64,000 nt of DNA from positions 6,368,001 to 6,432,000 of the forward strand of contig OZ244999.1 of NCBI GenBank assembly GCA_965223265.1, given 5' to 3'. Below, piece by piece: positions 28,190-37,588 of this stretch. The notes under the pieces are model-generated. The model ran no database searches. It was not told where the DNA came from and worked only from the letters and a program-made list of their open reading frames with translations. The stretch's first letter is position 1, and the number at the start of each line of letters is the position of its first letter. This stretch comes from Planctomycetota bacterium (GTDB lineage Bacteria; Planctomycetota; UBA8108; SXIK01). Position numbers and translations under genes: made by a program.

Positions 28190-29575
28190 TCACTGCTCTG
28201 GGCTCGAGGTTGGTGGCTGGACGTCCGTCTTCTTCTGCGCTAGCACACTCTCAAGGCCACCAATGATGCCTTCCATGCGTCCGGCGAGCTGATCCCATTC
28301 GTCGCGACTCAGGTTGAGGCCACCAGAGCGCCGGAGCTTACCCATGAATCCTTTTTGCGCGTCGTCCACTTGCTTGCCGACGTCACGCAATTGATCGCGA
28401 AGACTGTCACGAATGCTCGAAAGTCGCTCAAGTGACTGCGACTGATCGGACTCCCAACGTGAGATTCCGGCGGAAAGCAAATCGGTCAGCTCAATGAGGC
28501 GCTGATTGAACTCGTTCTGTAGCTCGCCCAAGTCGTTGCCGTGACTGGAGACGCTGCCTGAAAGCTCCGAGATTCGATTTCTGAGTCCCTCGAACTGCTG
28601 TCCAACGCCGCGCACCTCGGGTGTGACCGAATCGATGTTGTCGACTTTCTGCGACATCGCGTCGACACGCTCCTGGAGTACCTGAAGACGCTCGTTCGCA
28701 GTCGAGACCGCGTTTTTGTGCGGCATGGTCGACTCCATGCGCTCGAGCACTTCGCGCACGACCGCAAACTTGTCCATGAGCGACTGAACCATTTCATCGA
28801 TCTCCTTGCGCAGCGTCTTCTCGAGTTCCTCAAATCGCACCTCGAGCTTGCTGACGTGACCTTCGACTTGCCCTATGCGGCCGTTGACCTGGCCGAATCG
28901 CTCGTCCGTGCGCTGCAACTGTTCGTCGACGCTGCCAAGTTTCTCATCGGCCGCTGACAAACGCGTGTCGTGTTGGGCCACGCGTTCCTGGAGGGCCGCT
29001 TGCTCGGAACCCTGCGTCAAAAGTCGCTCGTCAAGCCCCGCAAGCCGCTGCCGCGAACTCGTGACCTCGTCGACCGCGCTTTTGAGCTCGCCTTTCATCA
29101 GTTCGATCGTCTGGTCTCCGGTGCGCAGCTGCCCCTCCGCCGCACTCAGTCGGTCTTGCAGGCGCTGTACTTTTTCATCGACGCTGCTCACCTGACCGGA
29201 AAGATCCGTGAAGAGCGACTGCAGCTCGGTGAGCTGGCTGATTCTCTCTTCGAACCGCAGGATCTTGCCGCGTAGTTCGGGCGTTAGAGACGGCGCGGCC
29301 GCGCCCTTCTGCCGCGACAGACCGGCTTTCACCGCGGCGAAGTCTTGTAGCTCGGGAAAGAGCTCGTCGCGATGCTCATGGAGGACGGGAAGCAAGGCGT
29401 CGCGCACCGCGTTTTTGAGTGAGGTGCGGGTGACGGAGACTTGGCACATGCGTTTGAGAACTTCGCGCACGCCCCCTATGTGTTTGAGGACCTCGCGCAC
29501 CTCGAGGTCAGACCCCGAAGTTCGTTCCAACGCTTGCCCTAATTTCTCCCAATCCTGCTGTACTTTGTTGATCAT
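28190..29575 (-). CDS. Long cytoplasmic coiled-coil protein
   Basis: Near-continuous heptads rich in E/Q/L/R over about 300 aa; no signal peptide, TM helix or Walker motif seen. Confidence 0.8.
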   Translation of the reverse strand: MINKVQQDWEKLGQALERTSGSDLEVREVLKHIGGVREVLKRMCQVSVTRTSLKNAVRDALLPVLHEHRDELFPELQDFAAVKAGLSRQKGAAAPSLTPELRGKILRFEERISQLTELQSLFTDLSGQVSSVDEKVQRLQDRLSAAEGQLRTGDQTIELMKGELKSAVDEVTSSRQRLAGLDERLLTQGSEQAALQERVAQHDTRLSAADEKLGSVDEQLQRTDERFGQVNGRIGQVEGHVSKLEVRFEELEKTLRKEIDEMVQSLMDKFAVVREVLERMESTMPHKNAVSTANERLQVLQERVDAMSQKVDNIDSVTPEVRGVGQQFEGLRNRISELSGSVSSHGNDLGELQNEFNQRLIELTDLLSAGISRWESDQSQSLERLSSIRDSLRDQLRDVGKQVDDAQKGFMGKLRRSGGLNLSRDEWDQLAGRMEGIIGGLESVLAQKKTDVQPPTSSPEQ

Positions 29576-29865
29576 AGAGAGCGACCCTCACAGAGTGGGA
29601 GGCGGGTGAACACAGGGGTCACGGAATTGCGTCGATCGTTCCCTTCACCTTACCGGCTCATACCCGCTGGTTGCAACCACTTAGCAGTCTTGTTGAGAAA
29701 ACTGCTGTGGACCGCAAGCCTGGTCAGCTGAGCGCCGGAGCAGCGGCGGCAGTCGCCTCTTTTGCTCGGGCGCAAGTCGTTCTTTCCACGGCCGATGCGT
29801 CAAGCAGCGCGGTCCACATCAGAGGGCCGAAGGCAGAAGCGAGCGACGGCGTTAGAATACCCCGC

Positions 29866-30525
29866 ATGACGGCAGCCAACGACCCACAGCAGCTCGCGCC
29901 CGTCCTGGCGTGGCGAAATCTCAGCAAGACATTCGGCAAGCGGCTGGCCGTAAGGCCCGAGGACGGTAGCCTCGAAGCCGGTGAGCACCTGGCGATCACC
30001 GGGCCGAGCGGTAGCGGCAAGACTACGCTGCTGAAGTTGCTCGCCGGACTGCAGAATCCCAGCAGCGGTGAGATTTGGCAGGACGGCCGTCTGGTGAGCC
30101 GGCACGGCTGGCAACAACCCGCTCACAAGCGCCGGATCGGCTTTCTCTTTCAAGAGCTCGGCCTCTGGCCTCATCTCTCAGTTCGACAGCATATCGAGTT
30201 CGCCCTGCCTCATCTGTCGCGCGAGAAACGCGCTCCCCTCGTCGATGCTCTGCTCGAGGACTGCCGGCTCACCTCTCTGGCAAGACGACAGCCAAGAGCG
30301 CTGTCGGGCGGCGAGCGTCAACGGGTCGCCCTCGCCCGGGCGGCGGCGTCTTCACCGCAGCTCTTGTTCCTGGACGAACCGCTGACGAACCTCGATCCGC
30401 GCCTGCGCGACGAGCTTCTCGAATGGGCCGTCGCGTACGGTCGCCGCCCTGGGGTGACGCTCGTGGTCGTGACGCACGACCACGAGATCGCTGGACGCAT
30501 CGGCAAACGCGCGGTGGAGCTTTGA
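29866..30525 (+). CDS. ABC transporter ATP-binding protein (no adjacent permease)
   Basis: GPSGSGKT, LSGGERQRVALAR, LFLDEP, VTHD. Confidence 0.88.
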   Translation: MTAANDPQQLAPVLAWRNLSKTFGKRLAVRPEDGSLEAGEHLAITGPSGSGKTTLLKLLAGLQNPSSGEIWQDGRLVSRHGWQQPAHKRRIGFLFQELGLWPHLSVRQHIEFALPHLSREKRAPLVDALLEDCRLTSLARRQPRALSGGERQRVALARAAASSPQLLFLDEPLTNLDPRLRDELLEWAVAYGRRPGVTLVVVTHDHEIAGRIGKRAVEL

Positions 30526-30530
30526 CTTAA

Positions 30531-30708
30531 CAGCCCGTTGAAAAAGTCATTCGGCTGAGAAACCGGCCTCTTCACGCCCAGATCAGCCGCGGCGAGCCTC
30601 GCCGTGTATACCTTATAGAAGAGGGCTCGGAGATTACCTGCGTTCGCCGCGGCTGATCTGGACGCGAAGCGACCAGTTTTCAGCTCGAAGCGCTTTTTCA
30701 ACAGGCTG
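30531..30708 (+). mobile_element. MITE-like element family A, copy 1
   Basis: TIRs CAGCCCGTTGAAAAAG / CTTTTTCAACAGGCTG; TTAA on both flanks; long internal palindrome; no coding capacity. Confidence 0.85.
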
Positions 30709-30720
30709 TTAACCTCATCC

Positions 30721-30743
30721 AGTTTGGCCATTTCGCGCCGGCC
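30721..30743 (+). mobile_element. Remnant end of element family B
   Basis: AGTTTGGCCATTTCGCGCCGGCC is the reverse complement of the right end at 48115-48137. Confidence 0.6.
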
Positions 30744-30778
30744 AAACAGCGTGCCAGGTGAGGCTGTCCAGGAGAATC

Positions 30779-31852
30779 TCAGCGACGCGCTTTGATCACG
30801 AAGTTGAAGAACGCAGCAACATCGCCGCGCTTGTCAAACTCAACCGTGAATTCGTTCGTGATCATCTCCCGCTCCAGGACGTCGCTCAGCCAGTCGACTT
30901 CGATCTCGAAGCCGTAAGCGTCGACGAACGGGACATAGTTACCGCGTGGATCCGCGTCGACTGGATCAATGTGTAGTTTGAGCGACGTGCTGATCTTGTA
31001 GTCGCGCGTGGCGAACAGAGGCTTCGGTTTCTTCTCGCCGAGATCGATGGCTTCGACTTCTTCGTTGACGGAGCCGACGTCGAAGTCAATGTCGCCGGAG
31101 TCGGTAATCGTGAGCGGGCCCCACGTGATCAGTGGAATGTCGGGCTCGCCGTCACGATCGTTGCGTGACAGCACTTGGTCGCGCGTGCTGTTCTCGCGGT
31201 ACTCGGCGTTGAACTCGTCCTGCTCCTCGCGGCTCTTGCCGATGTTATTGATCTTCCCCAGCGTTGCGTCATAGCGCGCAAAGGTCATCGTTGGGTCATT
31301 CTTGAACGTCTTCTTCCAGCTACGCTTAATGCGGCGTCGGATCTCGCGGTAAATCTTACGCCGAACGACCTTCTTGACCTTGAGAGCCAGCTCGGTGTCG
31401 CTGCGCGGAGGAATGTAGAAAAGTGGCCACACCGTGTGCTGGGCGTACGGTGGCACCTCTTCGCCGTAGAGCCCGCGGCCATGGAATACCCAATCTGGCC
31501 AAGCCCTCTCGACGGGGTCTGCCGACGCCTCGGGAATCTCCCAGTCCTCTACTTGGTGCGACTCATAGCCTCCGCCGTGCAGCTGCATGCGGAATTCGAA
31601 CCACGCCTCGCCCGGGCTGGCCGCCGCTGCTGGCTCAGCCCGTGCCGCGGTGGGGGCGGGCAGCGCCGCCGCGACCTCGAGCGGTGCCGCCTCGTCGGGA
31701 CGCGGCGAGGTCGGAGCGCTGGCTGGTGGCAAAAGACGTCGGGCACTCCCGCCGCTATCGAGCACGACCGTCTCGGCGGCGCTGAGAACCGGCGCTACAA
31801 GGCACGCCACGAAAACGCTCAGTAGCTTCGAAAGTAGCGATTTCGCGCGCAT
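30779..31852 (-). CDS. Hypothetical secreted protein
   Basis: Signal peptide, Pro/Ala linker, basic helix, C-terminal amphipathic beta-strand-like segments. Confidence 0.7.
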   Translation of the reverse strand: MRAKSLLSKLLSVFVACLVAPVLSAAETVVLDSGGSARRLLPPASAPTSPRPDEAAPLEVAAALPAPTAARAEPAAAASPGEAWFEFRMQLHGGGYESHQVEDWEIPEASADPVERAWPDWVFHGRGLYGEEVPPYAQHTVWPLFYIPPRSDTELALKVKKVVRRKIYREIRRRIKRSWKKTFKNDPTMTFARYDATLGKINNIGKSREEQDEFNAEYRENSTRDQVLSRNDRDGEPDIPLITWGPLTITDSGDIDFDVGSVNEEVEAIDLGEKKPKPLFATRDYKISTSLKLHIDPVDADPRGNYVPFVDAYGFEIEVDWLSDVLEREMITNEFTVEFDKRGDVAAFFNFVIKARR

Positions 31853-32394
31853 CGGGGGCCTCTTGCTTCGGATCGAGAGTTCTCTTCGTTTCTTTACATT
31901 TCAGTCGGAAACGCGCCCAGAAAGGCGGATCAAGCGGCTTCTGTATAGCTGCGACAGCAAGTGTCTGAGATCGGGAAACTTTCGACGGTTTTCTGTCGTA
32001 CGGACGGTGTACGACAAATTTTCGCACGGAATCTTGCGCCGCCATGCGGCCGAGCACTGCAACTCCCACAGGCGTAAGGAGATACAAAAACAACCGAAGC
32101 GCCAGATGCCGGCAACCATCGAAGGCTCAAACACAAACAGAACCCAAAACTCTTTGCCGAATCAGGTTGCGTTACCCAAATATACGATGCGGCCGGAAAT
32201 GTGTCAACGCGCAGTGTGCGAAAGCCCAATCATCCCACCAACTTACGACCATGACCATTTTCGGAACCGCGTCACCCAAAACAAACCCGAACGTCCACTC
32301 TGGCGGCAGCGCGGCAGACCTCGGACCCTGTCCCGAAGTGACGATGGGTCGTTCGACCGGACGACACCATAGCGGAACGATACGTCACGGGCCG

Positions 32395-33021
32395 CTACGG
32401 CCGGACGCACCACTTGATCACGTCTTCAAGAGTGGGGTCGGTCAGCTCAACGAGCGCCTCCTCAACTCTTTCTTCGGCAGCGCCGCGCGCAAAACCGAGC
32501 TCGACAAGAACACGCTCCGCCTCCTGACGCTTCGCCGCCCCCAGCGACACACCGTCTCGGCTCGGCTCTATGACGCGCACTGAGGTTGAGGTGCTCGGTC
32601 TGTCGCCGTCCCAGGCCGCGGTCATCGCCGCGGCGCGATCTTTGAGATCCACAACCATGCGCTCTGCAACGCGTCGACCGACGCCCTTGACGCGCTGAAG
32701 GGTTTTCACCTCACCCGCCGCCAACGCGGCCACTATCTCTCGCGGCGAAATCGATAGGCAGGCGAGAGCAATCGCCGGCCCCACACCATTGACGCCGAGG
32801 ACCAAGCGAAAAATCCGCCGCTCTTCCTGCGACGCAAAGCCGTAAAGCCTCAGCTCGTCCTCGCGTACGTGGAGATGCGTGAACAAGAGCGCTGAGCGCG
32901 ACCCACGAAGCGAGGCGAACGTCGACTGCGGAATCGCAAGCTCGTAGCCGACGCCGGCAACGTCGACGACGGCGCTCACGGGCGTCAGTTCGACCAATTC
33001 TCCTCGCAAACGGTCGTACAC
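32395..33021 (-). CDS. ruvA: Holliday junction branch migration protein RuvA
   Basis: MYDRLRGEL...GVGYE, HLHVREDELRLYGF, VNGVGP, VKGVGRRVAERMVVDLKDR, LVELGF. Confidence 0.93.
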   Translation of the reverse strand: MYDRLRGELVELTPVSAVVDVAGVGYELAIPQSTFASLRGSRSALLFTHLHVREDELRLYGFASQEERRIFRLVLGVNGVGPAIALACLSISPREIVAALAAGEVKTLQRVKGVGRRVAERMVVDLKDRAAAMTAAWDGDRPSTSTSVRVIEPSRDGVSLGAAKRQEAERVLVELGFARGAAEERVEEALVELTDPTLEDVIKWCVRP

Positions 33022-33092
33022 GTCTGTTATCCCGTCGACGGCGTAAGGAAAGCAGCAGACTCAGTCCCCAACTTTACCAAGAATCAAGCGGG

Positions 33093-34472
33093 TCACGAGC
33101 GCAACGACAGACCGAGCTCACCGAGCTTCAGCTTAATCTCGTTCAAGGACGTCATGCCGAAGTTTTTGGCCGACATGAGGTCCACCTCCGTCTTATTGAT
33201 GAGATCGCGCACCGAGCGCACGCCAAGACGCTCCATACACCGCCTGCTCCGCACCGAAAGCTCGAGGTCCTCGATCGGCTTGTCGAGCACATCAGGATCG
33301 GCTGTCGCCTCGAGCGGGTTGCGACCATGCTGCGGCTCGCTGCCGCCATCTTCGAGTCCCTGCCCGAGATGCAGCCCCTTCTGCTGCAGCATGTTTTTGA
33401 TCTCTTCGAGCGACGTCTCGCCAAAGTTTTTGTACGCCAGGAGCTCCTGCTCCGATTTCATGATCAGGTCACCCAGCGTCCGGATGTTCATCTTCTGGAG
33501 GCAGTTGCGGCTGCGCACAGAGAGCTCAAAATCGGTCACCGGGATCTTGAGCACCTGCGACTGGCGATCCGCCTTCTTTTCTTGCTCACGGTCGTAGAAC
33601 ATCGTTGTCGATGCCTGCGCGTCGGCAAGGTAAAGCTTAGCGCGACTGTGGTTCGGATAGTAGCGTAGCGCTGTCTCGTAGCACTTGATGGCGTCGTGAT
33701 AGCGCTCACGGTCTTCGTAGAGCAGACCGAGGTTGACGACGGCGTTGAGGTGAATCGGCGCTGACTTCACGCAGCACTCGTAGGCGAGGACGGCTTCATC
33801 GTTGGCCTCGTCGGCGTCGGAACCGTGAATGTCGAGCAGGTAGCCAAGGCGAAAGTAGGCTTCACTGCAGTCGTCATCTTTAGCCACCGCGCTACGGTAT
33901 GCTTCGATGGCTTCGGGGTAATCCCCGGCCAGTTCAAAGCACAATCCCCTCGAGAGTTCACAAGCAGCGCTTTCACCGTCGGCGGCCTCGACCTCCTTGA
34001 GAACTGCCTGGGCGGCGTCGAGATCGCGACGCTTGTGGTGAATCTCAACCAACAAATGCTTCATTGGCAGGAAGTCGCTCGACTTCTTCGCCACCGCCGT
34101 TGCGACCTGCAGCGCGTCGTCCGCGAGTCCCCGCCACAGAAGCGATCGTGCTAGGTGATAAGCGCCCCACGGGTCGGACTTTTGTTCACTCAGCACCTTC
34201 TCCCCCGCCTCGGCGTCGCCAGCAACCAAGGCGCAGAAACCCTGCAAAACCGACGACTTGCCCTTGGCCGACACCGCGCTCTCGACGCGCGACCAATCTC
34301 CGAGGAGGTCACGCAGTTCACCTACGGCTGACTCCTGCGAATAAGCTGCCGCGGCGACGCGATCGAATCCAGCCTTCGAAAACTCGCCGGCACCGACGTC
34401 CGCGAGCACGGTCATGAGGTCCTGCGGTTCGCTCCCCGCACTCTCGTCAACAACTGTTGTTTCGTCTGACAA
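33093..34472 (-). CDS. TPR-repeat protein with two C-terminal RNA polymerase alpha-CTD-like domains
   Basis: TPR motifs, then ELSVRSRNCL...KNFGETSLEEI and ELSVRSRRCM...KNFGMTSLNEI. TTG start chosen from a GGGAGG RBS. Confidence 0.88.
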   Translation of the reverse strand: MSDETTVVDESAGSEPQDLMTVLADVGAGEFSKAGFDRVAAAAYSQESAVGELRDLLGDWSRVESAVSAKGKSSVLQGFCALVAGDAEAGEKVLSEQKSDPWGAYHLARSLLWRGLADDALQVATAVAKKSSDFLPMKHLLVEIHHKRRDLDAAQAVLKEVEAADGESAACELSRGLCFELAGDYPEAIEAYRSAVAKDDDCSEAYFRLGYLLDIHGSDADEANDEAVLAYECCVKSAPIHLNAVVNLGLLYEDRERYHDAIKCYETALRYYPNHSRAKLYLADAQASTTMFYDREQEKKADRQSQVLKIPVTDFELSVRSRNCLQKMNIRTLGDLIMKSEQELLAYKNFGETSLEEIKNMLQQKGLHLGQGLEDGGSEPQHGRNPLEATADPDVLDKPIEDLELSVRSRRCMERLGVRSVRDLINKTEVDLMSAKNFGMTSLNEIKLKLGELGLSLRS

Positions 34473-34625
34473 GGAATCGCCTCCCGTAACCAAGAGAGTT
34501 TTCTGAAGAACTCGCATGCATAAACCATGAGCCTGCCCACGCGCGAGAGAACCTAACATAAGACCGCTGTCGACTCAATTTGTCAAGCTTGCCGGCGCGC
34601 GGCAGCGGCGCGTAGAGACGTGTAC

Positions 34626-35048
34626 TCAGGCGTCGCTGCCGGCTCGAAACCGCAGGCCCTCGGGGTCGCCAGCGAGCCCGAGGGCTTGCGCTACGGTCTG
34701 CTGGCGGTCGTGCGAGATCGAGATCAGAATCTCTCCCAGCCCCAAAGCCGCCGCACGTTTCCAGGCGACGCCCTGGAGGCGGACGCGCGGCGCGCCGGAA
34801 GGTAGCCGTACGACGACAACGTCCCGCCACGTGATGCCACCGCTGAGCCCGGTGCCTAGCACCTTCAAAACAGCCTCCTTGGCGGCAAAACGACCGGCGA
34901 CAAACGACGTCGGGTCGCGCAGCGCAGCAAGACGATCGAGCTCCGGCTCAGCTAGGATGCGGGTGGTAAAACGCTCGCCATGGCGTGCGAGCGTACGCCG
35001 GATTCGGTCCAATTCGAGAAGGTCGACTCCTATCGCAATCGGTTGCAT
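34626..35048 (-). CDS. acpS: Holo-ACP synthase
   Basis: IGVDL, AGRFAAKEAVLKVLGTG, SGAP, ISISH. Confidence 0.93.
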   Translation of the reverse strand: MQPIAIGVDLLELDRIRRTLARHGERFTTRILAEPELDRLAALRDPTSFVAGRFAAKEAVLKVLGTGLSGGITWRDVVVVRLPSGAPRVRLQGVAWKRAAALGLGEILISISHDRQQTVAQALGLAGDPEGLRFRAGSDA

Positions 35049-35054
35049 GGAAGC

Positions 35055-35154
35055 ATTTTAGAACATCTCCGCGGCGCTGTGCAAGGTGAGGTGCCTGGAC
35101 CGCAGCGAGGCAACCCGTGGGGCCTTTGACTTCGTTTTTTTCGTCCACTATGGT
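35055..35154. promoter_or_regulatory. Divergent sigma70-like promoters for acpS and pcrA (probably leaderless)
   Basis: Plus strand: TTGACT-n17-TATGGT-n8-ATG. Minus strand: TTGCAC-n18-TAAAAT-n6-ATG. Confidence 0.6.
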
Positions 35155-35162
35155 GGGCGTCG

Positions 35163-37493
35163 ATGGCCAACCACCACGTTCCGAAAAAGATCCTCACCCA
35201 CCTCAACCCCGAGCAGCGGCAGGTCGTCCTTCACCAGGCGGGTCCCCTCATGGTGCTGGCGGGGGCCGGCAGCGGAAAGACGCGATCAATCACCCACCGC
35301 ATCGCGCATCTTTACGCCTCCGGACTGCAACCGGAGGAGGTGTTGGCGATCACCTTCACCAACAAGGCGGCTGGAGAGATGCGCGCGCGGACCTCCGCGC
35401 TCGCCGGCGTCGAGAGTCGCTGGATTTCGACGTTCCACAGCTTCGGCGCCCGACTCCTGCGCCGACATATCAGCGCGCTCCAGCCCTACGATGCGCGCTT
35501 CAGCATCTACGATGCGGATGACTGCAAACGCATGATCAAAGAGATCATGAAACGCCAAAATGTCGACACGAGTGTCATCTCGCCCGCCGAGCTCATGAGC
35601 GCGATCAGCCGCATGAAAAACGCCGGCACGGACGCGGACGCCGGGGCGGCGTGGTACCGCGAACGCGTCGTCTCGGAGGTGTACGCACTCTACGGAGCCG
35701 AGCTGAAGAAGCGCAACGCCGTGGACTTCGACGACCTCCTTCTTCTCGTCGTTCGGCTTTTCGAGCAAGAGCCGGATCTGCTGGCGCGGTACCAGGACCA
35801 GTTTCGCCACGTTCTCATCGACGAGTATCAAGACACCAACGGGGTTCAGTATCGGCTCACTCAATTGTTGGCGGCTCGGCATCGTAATGTCTGCGTCACA
35901 GGCGACCCTGACCAGTCGATCTATGCCTGGCGTGGTGCCGACATCGGCAACATCCTCAACTTCGAACGTGACTATCCCGATGCCATCGTGATCAAACTCG
36001 AGCAAAACTACCGCTCGACACGCAGCATACTGGCAGCGGCCAACTCCCTCATCGATCACAACGTCGATCGCAAACCTAAACGCCTCTGGTGCGAGCAGGG
36101 CGCCGGCGACCCGGTGCGCGTCTATCGCTTCGCTGACGAGAAGGAGGAAGGCTTAGAGATTGCGGCCTTGATCGACAAAGAACATGCGGCGGGCAGACCT
36201 TTCTCGGATTTCGCGGTGATCTATCGCATCAACTCGCTCTCCCGCGCAGTCGAGCAGGCATTCGTTCACCGCGGCGTGCCGTACAGCATCGTTGGAGCCG
36301 TGGAGTTTTACCAGCGCCGCGAAATCAAGGATGCACTGGCGTACCTACAAATCCTCGCCAACCCTCGAGACGACGAGAGTCTGCTCAGAGTCATTAACGT
36401 ACCGCCGCGCAGTCTCGGTCGAGTGAGCGTCGAGAAGCTACAGCTTGCAGCAAGCGAACGACAAACTACATTGGCGGAACTCATCCTCAGCGCCGACGAT
36501 TTCAGCTGGCTCAGCAAACGGGCGCGCGCAAGCATCCAGGAGTTCGCATCACTGCTGCGCTCTCTCCAAGATCTCGCGTCCGGGTCGATCCGAGATCTGA
36601 TCAACTTCCTCCTTCAAGCCACCGACTACGCACAGTACGTCCAGAAAGCCATGCCCGACGAAGCGGCCGAGCGCTTGGAGAACCTCAGCCAACTCGCGAA
36701 CGCCGGTGCGGAGTACGAGTCAGGACATGACGACGCGACTCTTATCGGGTTCCTGGAGCAGACGCGCCTGGTCAACAGTGTCGATCGTTGGGACCGTAGC
36801 GCGGATCGGGTCTGCCTCATGTCTCTTCACGCCGCCAAGGGGCTGGAGTTTCCCGTCGTCATTCTGCTCGGCGTCGAGGAGGGGATTCTGCCGCTGACAC
36901 GACAAGGCGACGACGGCAGCGCTGATATCGAAGAAGAGCGGCGACTCGCGTATGTCGGAATCACGCGAGCGGAGCAAGCTCTCTATCTAACTCACACCGC
37001 GTCGCGCATGCGCTTCGGCACAACAGCGCCTAGCTTTCCCTCTCGGTTCATCAGCGAGATCAAGAAGCAACCGAACGACCCAGTTGGAGCGACCGCAGCA
37101 GACGCCGCCGAACTCTCCGCCGACGCGCCGGCGGAGCACATCGAGCTCGACGAGGGGACCGAACGGTCGCTACTGAAACGGCAGCGCTTCGACGACCTCT
37201 TCGATGCACCCGACGATGACGAAACGACCAGATCGCAGCGGCGCAGCGCCTCCCCTTGGCAGCTCGACGATGTCGGCGTTGACGCCTCTCCCGACGAGTA
37301 CGAGACCGACTCGGACGATTGGGATGAAGAGCCGTTCGCTGTCGGTACGCGCGTCTACCACGATGACTATGGCGAAGGGACAGTCACTCGGGAAAGCCGG
37401 ATCGGGCGACGGCTCTCGTTAACCGTTGAGTTCGACGACGCCGGTAAGAAACAGATCGTGCCGAGCCACGCTCTGCTGCGGCGTATTCGTTGA
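35163..37493 (+). CDS. pcrA: UvrD/PcrA ATP-dependent DNA helicase
   Basis: LAGAGSGKT, TFTNKAA, DEYQDTN, GDPDQSIY, NYRST, HAAKGLEF, EEERRLAYVGITRA, C-terminal Tudor-like tail. Confidence 0.93.
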   Translation: MANHHVPKKILTHLNPEQRQVVLHQAGPLMVLAGAGSGKTRSITHRIAHLYASGLQPEEVLAITFTNKAAGEMRARTSALAGVESRWISTFHSFGARLLRRHISALQPYDARFSIYDADDCKRMIKEIMKRQNVDTSVISPAELMSAISRMKNAGTDADAGAAWYRERVVSEVYALYGAELKKRNAVDFDDLLLLVVRLFEQEPDLLARYQDQFRHVLIDEYQDTNGVQYRLTQLLAARHRNVCVTGDPDQSIYAWRGADIGNILNFERDYPDAIVIKLEQNYRSTRSILAAANSLIDHNVDRKPKRLWCEQGAGDPVRVYRFADEKEEGLEIAALIDKEHAAGRPFSDFAVIYRINSLSRAVEQAFVHRGVPYSIVGAVEFYQRREIKDALAYLQILANPRDDESLLRVINVPPRSLGRVSVEKLQLAASERQTTLAELILSADDFSWLSKRARASIQEFASLLRSLQDLASGSIRDLINFLLQATDYAQYVQKAMPDEAAERLENLSQLANAGAEYESGHDDATLIGFLEQTRLVNSVDRWDRSADRVCLMSLHAAKGLEFPVVILLGVEEGILPLTRQGDDGSADIEEERRLAYVGITRAEQALYLTHTASRMRFGTTAPSFPSRFISEIKKQPNDPVGATAADAAELSADAPAEHIELDEGTERSLLKRQRFDDLFDAPDDDETTRSQRRSASPWQLDDVGVDASPDEYETDSDDWDEEPFAVGTRVYHDDYGEGTVTRESRIGRRLSLTVEFDDAGKKQIVPSHALLRRIR

Positions 37494-37588
37494 CGTCACG
37501 TACCCGCCGGAGTGTGGTTGCGCCCTGGCGGGCTCGTTACAATGGGACATGAAGCCCCGCGTGACCAACCCTGGGGCCGCAAAAGTTC

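Noticed and set aside
33093-34559. rpoA
   Set aside because: No alpha N-terminal dimerisation domain, and not in the rpsK/rplQ operon context.
35163-37493. Helicase-based anti-phage system
   Set aside because: A canonical PcrA/UvrD with a Tudor-like tail and no partner nuclease nearby.
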